Of a stretch of 64,000 nucleotides of DNA, positions 29,835-42,556 are shown piece by piece. The notes under the pieces are model-generated. The model saw nothing but the letters and a program-made list of their open reading frames with translations. It was not told the origin of the DNA and made no database searches. A program made the position numbers and the translations under genes. Origin of the DNA: Hormiphora californensis. Its lineage: Eukaryota; Animalia; Ctenophora. The stretch lies in NCBI GenBank assembly GCA_020137815.1, contig CM035351.1, positions 992,001 through 1,056,000 on the forward strand. The letters run 5' to 3'. The first letter of the stretch is position 1. Each line of letters begins with the position of its first letter.

Positions 29835-31186
29835 ATGTCGTCATGGTACCGATCCCGAGGTACAAAATGGCTGAGCTACGCAATTGGGGCATGGTGTTCC
29901 CACAGGCTCATCACAACACCTGAGATCTATGACGTGTTTGAGGAGAGTATTCTCATGCCCTGTGCTGCCAGGCTGGATCCAGAGGTGGCTCACCGAATGG
30001 CTCTCTACGCTGTCCGGTGCAAGATAGCACCCCGGGATACAGACTATAAACCCGCCTGTCTCCGTACCACCGTTATGGGTATGACCTTTAACAATCCCAT
30101 TGGGTTAGCGGCAGGGTTCGATAAGGATTGTGAGGCCGCTAAGTCTCTTCACAGGCTGGGTTTTGGGTTTATCGAGGGTGGGAGTGTCACCCCCAAACCG
30201 CAGCCAGGCAACCCAAAACCAAGGGTGTTCAGGTTGTCTGATGACCAGGCGGTTATTAACTGTTACGGATTCCCCAGCAAGGGACTGGACGCGGTGGAAA
30301 GAAACCTGCGGTGGTCATGGGGAGCGGTAAATCTGTTGGAAAAAGCATCACAAAAAGGAAAGAAGGGAAATGGAGGACCAGCGGCACCTGGCTCGGCTGA
30401 TGCCCCGTCTCCCGGGACGTATTCAATTAAAATCACCATCCCGAAATTCCTGGTCAAGTTTGTCCTCCCCGGCCCCCCGGCGGACGGTGTCCTGGGCCTT
30501 AACCTGGGTATCAACAAGACAACCCGGAACCCAACCAATGACTACTGCAAAGGCGTTGAAAAGTTGGGAAAGTTCAGTGATTACATTGTCATTAATGTCA
30601 GCTCCCCCAACACCCCGGGGCTCCGGGACTTGCAACACAAGGACAACCTCGCCCGGATGTTACGTCACATCTCCGGCCGGGCTGAACGGGTACACAAGAG
30701 CTCCGGAGGTACCCGGTGCAAGGCCTTGTTGTTGAAGATAAGTCCTGATTTAACGGATGAGCAGCTACAGGATATCGTTGATATTGTGTTAGACCCCCAG
30801 TATGGGGTGAGTGGTGTGATTGTCAGTAACACGACCATTTCCCGACCTGACAGTCTTGTTAGTGATAACAAGACCGCTAAAGGTGGGCTTAGTGGAGCGC
30901 CCCTCAAGGACAAATCTACTGCTATGATTAGAAAGGTTTACACGCTAACAGACGGGGCTGTTCCAATTATTGGTGTTGGTGGGATCAGTACTGCGCAGGA
31001 TGCCTATGAGAAGATAAGGGCGGGTGCCTCCTTGTCCAACTATACACTGCTCTGGTGTACCAAGGACCTGGGATGGTTCGGAGGATGAAGCGGGAGTTGG
31101 TGGAGCTGGTCACTGCTGATGGGTTTACCAATGTTCAAATGGCAGTGGGAGCTGATGTGAAATATGGGTGGAGAATAGGACATTGA
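29835..31186 (+). CDS. DHODH: Dihydroorotate dehydrogenase class 2 (mitochondrial), intronless, with a 1-nt frameshift at ~31034
   Basis: NPIGLAAGFDK, PQPGNPKPRVFRL, INVSSPNTPGLR, KISPDL, SNTT, GGLSG, IGVGGI. The shifted frame continues (V)QLYTALVYQGPG...AVGAD to TGA 31184-31186. Confidence 0.95.
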
Positions 31187-31689
31187 ACAGAATTCATGAT
31201 GATTTTGTGAAGTTGATATTTAGCCAGCAGCTGGTGGAGCCTCTGGAGCTGCCACCCCCAGCAACAGAGAAAGGGGGATGAGGAGGAGGAGGAGAAGTAG
31301 AGAGGGGGAGAGAGAGTTTTGAATAATACTATGAAATATGGAGGGGAGAATGGGAGGGAGAGACCTTCTAACTAGTAAATTATTTATTAGAGGTACTATA
31401 AATCATGGAGGGGGAAGAGCGTCTAACTTATTAAAATGCAATGCTTTATCTTTTGCAACCTGGTTTTATCTGTCTGTCTGTCTGTGTGTTGGCACTGTCT
31501 GTGTGTTGGCACTGTCTGTGTGTTGGCACTGTCTGTGTGTTGGCACTGTCTGTGTGATGGCAAATGTTTTAATTCTCTATTTTCCGGAGTATGGAAGACC
31601 ACATTTTATCTGTGATAACGTTTTTGTTATCATCGTTTCTAAAAACAGCCGTGTTTTAATCCCTACAACTTGTTTCTTCCCTTCCTAAT

Positions 31690-32200
31690 ACACCTCCTTC
31701 CCTTCTCAGCACTATTCGATACTAACACCTCCTACCCGGCTCAGCACTAATCAATACTAATATCTCCTTCCCTGCTCAGCACTATTCGATACTAATATCT
31801 CCTACCCTGCTCAGCACTAATCAATACTAATATCTCCTACCCTGCTCAGCACTAATCAATACTAATATCTCCTTCCCTGCTCAGCACTATTTGATACTAA
31901 TACCTCCTACCCTGCTCAGCACTATTCGATACTAATATCTCCTACCCTGCTCAGCACTATTCGATACTAATACCTCCTTCCCTGCTCAGCACTATTCGAT
32001 ACTAATATCTCCTACCCTGCTCAGCACTAATCAATACTAATATCTCCTTCCCTGCTCAGCACTATTCGATACTAATATCTCCTTCCCTGCTCAGCACTAT
32101 TTGATACTAATACCTCCTTCCCTGCTCAGCACTATTCGATACTAACATCTCCCTCCCTGCTCAGCACTAATCGATACTAATACCTCCTACCCTGCTCAGC
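31690..32200. repeat. 35-bp minisatellite (cctgctcagcactattcgatactaatatctcctac)n; a short tgtctgtgtgttggcac array lies at ~31476-31555
   Basis: Directly visible tandem units. Confidence 0.95.
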
Positions 32201-34485
32201 CGTTTTCTGGAGAAAGATGAATGATGCAAACTATCACTGCGCTGGCAAGCGCAAAGGTGACCCCATCCATCCCCCGAAAAAAATTTCCCCCAAAAACGGC
32301 CCGCTTGCTCACAGCGTATATATAGTTATTTCATACTTTTAGCCCATTTTGGCACTTTTTGACATGCCATAACTCCCGAACCGGAAGAGCTAGGAAGCTG
32401 AAATTTTGTACTTAGAAGCTTCTTGTAGACCTCTATCGATGGGAAAAATTTCAAGTGGCTAGCTCTTTTTGTTCAAAAGTTATAACACCACCCCCAAAAC
32501 AGAAAATTCAGTGTGGGGATAACTAGGTTGATATATATATATATGTATAGACGCTTTGTTACCATCCGTTTGGTCCCAGTTTGAGACGAACCAGACATCG
32601 TACGACCTTAAACCAAGCGGCATTCGACAGATAATTGTCTCGTGCATGTACCCATCTGGGTGGAGACTCTCCATCTTAGCTATGACGCGCGCAATGACGT
32701 CACGAGTGACGTCATTGCGCGAGACCGACTAACTTTTTTGGAGGGTGAGATTCCTTCCCACGCCCTTGAGATGCAGGCCGCGGCTAATGTCTACTTTTTT
32801 AGATAGCAATAGTGTCCTACAGACCAGGCAGGGAATCTTCAGGGGTGACCCGGCATACCCCGGGGTAAACCATGAAGCGCTTGAACTGCCTGGAGCATCT
32901 CACATACCACTCCAAGGAAACAGAGCTGCCCTCCTTGGGTGGTGTGTTTTTCTCTCTTCCTTTCTCTAATCCGCTCATGACTCATCTCTCTCTGAATAGA
33001 GATACCCCCCGGCCGGTATTACACCATCTCCCCAGCCTTGTGCACTGGGCCAAAGTAGATGGCTAAATACCGGCCAAAACCCGTCCTCCAGCAAAAGTCC
33101 AGGCTGGAGGAGGTCTAATCTCAACTGGCCTTCCTCTACCTTCTGTCCACCTAGCCTCTGGACAGGTATAAAAGGTCTAACAAGCTAGGTCATAACTGGT
33201 TAGCTACCACCGACTCTCGGCAAAATTCCCACGCCGAGGTCGAGATAAACTCAAGGGGTGTTTCCGTAGCCCAACAGGGAGAAACTACACTAACCAGTAG
33301 CCTCGCTACTACCTACGCTTCTTCAAAAGTCCATGAGAAGCGTAGGAGATTCCCAAATGGCGATTACCCCCCAAACGATGAAGGTAACAAACCAACATCA
33401 TCACTCTCTACTAACAAACAAGCCTCCACAAAAACCTGATCAACAAACAGAACAAACCACTATCCCATGCTACAAAACAAATTTCTATGAGTGACGCACA
33501 TAGATACCTAACCCACTAAACATTTCACACGCCAGAGTTCCGTTAATTGGGAAGGAACCTGCCCTAACTACCCCATGAACGGCCGGACGCTGCATCTGCA
33601 TCACGAACAAAAAGTGATGTTCCATGAACCCGCATGGAGTACTGATTACAAATCAGAGGTTGGCAGCGCAAAATCTACAAAGGTGCCATAGTCAATGGAG
33701 CGTCCGAATTGTCCTAGCCAAGGCCACATCTAAAGCGATCAATGCTGAGATGCCACTCACCAAGGATCGCTGGAGATATCCGAGACTGGCACAATGTGAA
33801 AACAGTGCTGGTGCGGTCCTTTTCATGGGACCTGTCAAGGCAGTTATGGGAGACGATTCCACCCTTATCTCCAAAACCATGGACACAAGACGGAGGAAGA
33901 AAACTCTCCCGGGGGAAAGAGGAAACTCTGGAACCTGAGCTCCGTCCTTCTCGGGCGTGAGGAACTGGCTGCCGGACGGGATAAAATCACAAGTAGAGGA
34001 TTGGAAGCGGAGGCGCATACAACAACAACAACAACAACAACTAACTTTTTTCAAACGCCTCTAGCACCCTAAAGACGTGTTCCGATTTCTGATTTGACGA
34101 AAAAACGTTACCGGCAAATTGTCTGAACTTTCAGATACTATATTATGAATTTTCGTAGCTTATCATTTTGAGCCCTTAAATCGCGTCAAAAGTCAAAAAT
34201 TTGACGAAAAATTCATCAAATTCAACGTTTTTCGAGCAAAAACTCCCTTTCCTGACCACTGTGGTCAATGAAACTTTACAAGCTCCTTTGGGGTATTGAT
34301 TCAAAATATATCGTGATGCAATTACGTCGTTACGACGTCACTAATTACGTCAAATGACGTCATTACGACGTCTAAAATACGATTTTCACAGAAATTCGTC
34401 TCGTTTCTCATATAGCGCATCATTTCGACAATATTACATCATGAAATAATCTCATGCTACGATTAGAAACCAAAAAGGGACCTAA

Positions 34486-34613
34486 ATTAAGCCAAAAACT
34501 AATTGAAATTAGTTGGCGGGAAAGGTGACCCACTTACACCTTTGCCTGCTGCCGGGATCAGGGATATAAGAGGTGAATATAATGGAATAAGGCAGTGAAA
34601 GAAAGTTTGATAG

Positions 34614-34706
<93 letters not shown>

Positions 34707-34859
34707 GAGAGACAGAGAGAGAGAGCGAGAGAGAATGAGAGAGAATGAGAGAGAGAGAGACAGGGACAGGAGAGAGTTCGTGGTGATACCCGGCAGTAGC
34801 AAAAGGTGTAAGTGGGTCACCTTTCCCGCCAACTAATTTCAATTAGTTTTTGGCTTAAT
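34486..34859. mobile_element. MITE-like element with ~75-bp TIRs enclosing an (AG)n tract
   Basis: attaagccaaaaactaattgaaattagttggcgggaaaggtgacccacttacaccttt at the left end; its reverse complement at ~34802-34859. Confidence 0.8.
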
Positions 34860-35539
34860 ATATACCTATATACATAGATGTATAGACGCTTTATTACCTT
34901 CCGTTTGGTCCCAGTTTGAGACGAACCAGACATTGTACGACATTAAACCAAGCGGCATTCAGGATTTCCCCTTTGTAAATACACACGCATTGCGCCCAAT
35001 TCCAAGAATTACGGGTCAAGTCGTTTGAAACGCACTTTAATGCTGCATTCTAGGAGGATGTAAGGCCAGTCGTCACGCATCTTTTCGAGCTGGGGGTGCA
35101 AAAGAGCGCACAAAGGACTAGCAAATCCTGTCATATGAATACAGGGAGAGAGCGCACATGCAGTTAGTAGTAACGCGTGATGTCTTATTTCTAAAGTACC
35201 TCACTCTTGTTAGCATTCCCACCCAGAGAGAGCTACATCTTTGCATCTTCCGAGAAGAGAGCATAACAATCATAACATTATCTTATCAGGAACCGCAGAA
35301 ATTGCAGAAATAAACGGTAAACCATAGAGCTGAGAGGGGGGTGAACAGTTTTAAAATGATTTTGATTTGCGTAACACCCAAGATGTAGCAATTTGGCCAA
35401 AAGTGCCAGAGTTATAGCCAAAATTGGCTAAATTTTGGTGCTAAAAAGTTTACAACTTTACCGCTCAATGCTCATTTCTGAGCAGTGAGAGCACTCAGCC
35501 GTCAGCGTTGTTTGTTTCTGGAAAATAAAACACTACAAA

Positions 35540-36000
35540 GTGCAGATATTTCTAAATGAGTTCGAAACGCTGCTTTCTGGTAGATCAGGCGAAATTGTTA
35601 TCACGGGAGACTTCAACATTCATATCCACGACGCCAGCTCGAGTTTTGCTAAATCATTCCTCCAATTTTTGGATGACCATCTTTTTCATCAGTTTGTGAA
35701 TGGACCTACTGATATAGCAGGGGGAAAACTTGACCTAGTTGTTGCCAAATCCCTTCCCAGTTCAGCTTCTATCTCTAACTTAGAAGTCAACATGATCCCT
35801 GTAGTACCTGATCATGCATTGTCTCCTTTTCTATACAGATTGGTTCCCCCTTCCAGAAGAAGAAATTTGTACCAGTAAAGAGGAGGAACCTAAAATCCCT
35901 GGACGAGGTTGAATTTAGGACTGAGATTCTGAAATCCCCTCTCTGTGACCTGAATAATTTTCCTTCAAACCTGGACGAGATCGTAGATCTGTATTGCCAA
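35540..36000 (+). mobile_element. Non-LTR retrotransposon (CR1/L2-like) apurinic endonuclease fragment, degenerate
   Basis: ITGDFNIH, QFVNGPT..AGGKLDLVV and PDH motifs; frameshifted continuation RRNLKSLD..FR. Confidence 0.8.
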
Positions 36001-36126
36001 GCTAGACTGCAACTTTATAAAATGAAATAAAAGTGGTTTGAACAAAGCAAGGTCGAGTAAGACAAGCTGACTGGTAAGGTACCTTTCTAAAAAACTAACA
36101 CAGTTATCCAAATTTAGCTGATATCC

Positions 36127-37701
36127 ATGCCAAACCAACTAAGTATCGTCTCATTCTCACAAAAGAACAACAACAACAAAAAAGAAGAGTGTCCGATTTG
36201 TTATCGCCTTGTTGATGCCTCACAGATAGAGGCCCACGCTGACCGGTGTGCGGACGAGACTACTGCTGAGGAGCTGCAGATCATTAGTTCCCAGGAGACT
36301 GTAGAGGAGGGAGCTGAGGGAGAGGATGGAGAGGAGGAAGAGGAGGAGTTGGGGGAATTCGGGGATTCTCCACCCGCTTGTAGCGATAAAGATGATGAAG
36401 AATACAAACCGGCAAGGTAACTGAGAGTTGTGTTTGTATCGTGTTTTTAAGTTGTTTCTAAACGACCCTTCTTCCCCCCTCTCTCTCTCTATCTATCTAT
36501 CAATGTCTCTCTTTAGTCCCCCTAACTTCTTTCAGCGATCTGTGGGATGCTGATATATTCTCCAAGGGCAACACTGATGACGACACAACCAGCTTACCAG
36601 AGATAACCGACATTGTATCCACAGCTCCTAAACGGAACTCTACTGCTCCAGCTCCTAAACGTAACTCTTGGAACTTGGATAACTCTTTCGGTGGTAGTAC
36701 TGCTCCACCATCATCTAAACGCAAGAAACTCTCCTCCCCTGTCCATCTGGCCCCCTACCCAGAACCCAGCAAGGTCAGTAAAACCCGTCTACTCATGTTG
36801 TACAGTCGGAAGGAGAAAACTATGAAATTCCTCACACTGATTATGCGATAAACAATCAACCGATATTTGTTCTCTCAGGTCAGGGGATGTTTCAAGGATA
36901 CTGGCAACTGTCCAGGTGCCTCCGTCCAGACCCTACTGGCCACATCAGCACGCAAGGGGAAGGAACCGGCAGGAAGTGGGTTTAGTAGCTGCAATGGTAA
37001 AGTAGGTAGAGGAGCTACTAGTCAAGTAGGTAGTGGAGCGGGAAGTGGTGGAGGTGGATTTGCGTTCAAAGTTCATCCAATGTTAGCCAAGGTATGAAAA
37101 TTGTTTGGGTGTCTGGTTCTTGTTATCCCAATTCTCGTTTTCCTTCTGTTTTAAACAGCACACTTATCTCTTTACTACTACATACTTATGAACCTTTAAT
37201 CATTATCCCAGTTATCTGGAAGTGGAGGAGGTGGTGGTGGTAGTAGTGGATCAGGGGTGAACGATGCAGTGATACCAGATGGAGAGGGAGGGTTTATTAT
37301 ACGGGATGATGCTGAACTATCTGATGACGGGGGATTCCTCCCTCCCTCTCTCCCCGAGAATGGGTTCATCGACTTTCACAATCAATTCAAGGTATCCCAT
37401 AGCAATAAATAACATTTTACTTATCGATTCTGTCCATCAAAAAACGAAATGCCCTTCAAATTTATTTTGCTCCTATCAGAAGCCAGATCTGGTCCCAGCT
37501 GGCCTCTAAACTTATTGCTTATTCTACTTGTTGTTTTTCAGGAAAATTCAAAAGCTCGCACACCTGCCAAGACAGCAACTAAAACTACAGCTAAGAAGAA
37601 AACCGTATAGAAAATCAAGTTCTAGTAGAGGGAGAGGTGGAAGGAGGGGCGGAAGGGGTAGGGGTGGTAGACGAGGTTTCTCATGGAGAGGTCGAAAATG
37701 A
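36127..37701 (+). CDS. Multi-exon protein with a UBZ4-type zinc finger, acidic tract and C-terminal RGG tail
   Basis: ECPICYRLVDASQIEAHADRC. Further GT-AG exons at about 36537-36773, 36879-37091, 37212-37391, 37542-37701, ending RGRGGRRGGRGRGGRRGFSWRGRK*. Exact structure uncertain. Confidence 0.55.
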
Positions 37702-37972
37702 GTCAACCATTAAATCTAGATAAACTGACGTGATATTATAAATTGTGATGTTTATTGTATTCTACACATTTCTTATTTTAACCCCCAACTAACAGATCCC
37801 CAACTCGTGTCTTCACTCCTCTGCTATGTGTGGCAATGATGTGCCACACTCAATGTCACACTTTGAATTGTTCTGCCGCGATCGCCGAACGTTCTCTTTG
37901 CAGGGTAACCCGCGCGCTAACTCCCTCTCTTTTTGTAGCGTGGGAAAATAATGATAGCAGAAAGATAGAACG

Positions 37973-39560
<1,588 letters not shown>

Positions 39561-40580
39561 AGTTCCATCAGAGTCTAAATAGATAACGAGCGGTGATTAT
39601 TAGGGAGGGAGAAAGAGAGAGAGAAAGAAAGAGAGAGGTGAAGTGAAAACGAGTGAGAGAAAGAACGATCAAAGTATATGTAGAGAGAGAGAGACTGGAA
39701 TGGTTATAAAAAGGGAGAGAGAAGAAAATAAGACATAGTTGAAGCTGTAAAACGTTCTTTCGTTCAGTTCTTTTCTGCTTTTAAACTGCTCTAATTATTT
39801 TGTTAGTTGTTCGGGTTCCGTTTCAGAATCGAGAGAAAGTATAAAATTGCAGAGTTCGGCAAAAACTTTGCTTTTCTCATAACCTGGTCTCTGATTATAC
39901 TTGCTCTGCAGCCAAGCCTTCAAACAATAAAAGAGAGAGAGATAAAGCGAGATAAAGAGAGAGAAAGAGAGGGAGGGAGAGAGATAGAGAGAGAGGGGGA
40001 GACGAGAGAGAAAGAGGTAGACTACTAATTTCTTCCTCTATCTCACTATATCTTCTATCCAGATCTTATACTTCGAAACGACTTAATCGCATCTTTATTT
40101 TATTTTTAAGGTCAGTTACCATCTTATTATATTTTTGGCTTTTTTAAAGTTGGCACGCCTTTTGCGATTTTATGTCGACAATACTTCCGGCGATACCTCT
40201 CTCTCTTTTTCTCCCATTTTCTCTCCCAGTCCTTGGTCCATATAGCTTCATTTCTACTGGTCTGTAGTTTACATACACAACACTGCTTTAATCTCCCTGC
40301 CTAGAGTGCATCCCTCTCCGCTAGTGTACATCAATTGTACTCCGTATATTAGAGAAGAGAACTACAGATCTATCCGGTTTGATAGTTTGCATGTTAGTAT
40401 AAGTTAGTTTATTTTTGTTTGTTTGCTTGTTTGTTTTTTAGTACGTTTGATAGTTTGTTAGTTTGTTAGCCAATTTGTTTGTTTCTTAATTTGTTAGTTA
40501 GCTTGTTTGTCAGTTCCTCTAACCCCTAACTACATGTCCCCTCTCCCACCCAACTACTTTAGTTTACCAGATCCCAGATC

Positions 40581-42523
40581 CATGGATAAGTTTGGTAACA
40601 ATCCGGAATGGCTGGCGGGTCTTGCTGAGGTAGTCCAGGGGGCGTACAATAGCCCCAAATTCTCGGATATTGCTGTTCATAGTAGCGGCAAGATGATATC
40701 TGTAAACAGTATGGTGTTAGCATCACAGAGTCCCGCCCTTAGGGATATTGTTCTGGGTATGTGAGGGAGGGTGAGGAGAGGGGAGGGGGAAGGGGCAGGA
40801 GAGGATGCCAGGAGGGGAGGGGAGGGGAGGGGGATGAGTTCAGTGGGATTTGAGATCGAATGTTTTGCGAAATATTTGAACATTTTAGAATCTAGTTTAA
40901 GGTTTTTTCACTTTGTTTCTCTCAGCTGTTACTGTTCCTATGGTATCCTATAGTATATACGGGAGGTGACGTTTAAAGTTTTAACCATTCCCTCCTCAGG
41001 TAAAAGACCCACACGACACTCTGACAGATATTCTGGAGCCATACTCTCTAGGAAAGTGTAGGAACACTTCCTCCTCTCTCTCTACAAGGGATTCCCTCGA
41101 AGCTCCCACCAGCATACTTCACACTCCTAGAAATGATAATCATAGCCAAGACCCTGAAGATACCGTGGCTACATGACCACCTACAAGATCGGGTAGCAGA
41201 TCAGGTCACCTGTAAAACGCTATTTGAGACACTTTCCCTGGCTCTAGATTATCAGGATGAACCAATTAAACAGGTGAGATGTCGGCACCCTCATTTTGTG
41301 CATTTAATTCTCTAGCCAGTACCCCCTCCCCCTTTGTTGTATCCACCTTACTCAGCAACGCCCCTTGTTCAAAAGGCCTCCCCCATGGAGCATTCCCTAA
41401 TTTACCCAACAAATAACAGCTATCCCATATTGATCCCTTCTACTCCAGGCGTGTGAGGGCATCCTGTGCAGGACATGCCTCCCCGACATTATCTCCCCTA
41501 CCGACCCCCTCTGGTGGGAGTTACCCTGGGAGCTGGTGGCCCACATCCTGGGATTCAGATCTCTCCGACTATCCAGTGAGATGGATGTGGTTATGTTGGT
41601 GTTGTACTGGGTGGAGCGGAATATATCATATTCAAACAGGTATATAAAGGGGTGGGTCACCCCTTTTATTGCCATTATAACGTGGAGGGGTAATTTCATT
41701 ACCAAATAGAGGGGTGGGTTGGGGGAACTGATCCTAATTGGCAGAGACGAGATGCAGCGGCTATAGCCTATAGTCCACCCCCTCATTCCATATTCAAACA
41801 GGGACGAGTGTGTGGAGATACTCATGACGATTAGGATTCATGCCCTACCTATGGATTTCAGGGAGAGGTTCTTGTATCCCTACATAGCGGTTATCTCACA
41901 GAAACTGTTCCTCGCACTCAAATACCCCCAGGTAGCATAGTTTCTCTCCAAGCCGACATTACAGTCATGTATGACAAGTTGTCATTGACACCCCCCCACC
42001 ATCACCACGCTATTTCAACTACCCCCCTTCAGTTAAACAGGTGGAAGGTGTCCATTCCACCAGCCCGGAACAATGTCCCCCCTACCCCCACCACTCCCAT
42101 CTCCCACTACCCCCCCTAATATACAACAGTAGGTGGAAAACCGTGTAATGAGCGCAGTCACGTGACTGTGCTCAATTCTGAGCGCAGTCACGTGATTCAT
42201 GACGTCACATGACTGCGCTCAACTGCAGATCACGTGATTCATGACGTCACACCACATGATATTATTAATTAATATAATTATGCTTCACATAATTATGTGT
42301 AATTAATTTCAAATTTTTGATAATTTAATGTTTGCACACTGCTAGTCCCATCTGTACAAAATTAACACAGTGTGTAATTAACATTTACAGTATCCGAAAC
42401 CGTTTTAATTATAACCATGAATGATCCACATACATCCATATATGGATATATCCTAGACAAGCTGCCCCACTCCCTGAAGCTATATTTAATCATATCCAAC
42501 CATACAGCCTTTGTATTCACACA

Positions 42524-42556
<33 letters not shown>

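Noticed and set aside
31030-31040. Possible programmed frameshift in DHODH (also CCS, TMEM242-like, GPATCH4)
   Set aside because: Single-base indels are pervasive in this assembly; no slippery site or stimulatory structure seen.
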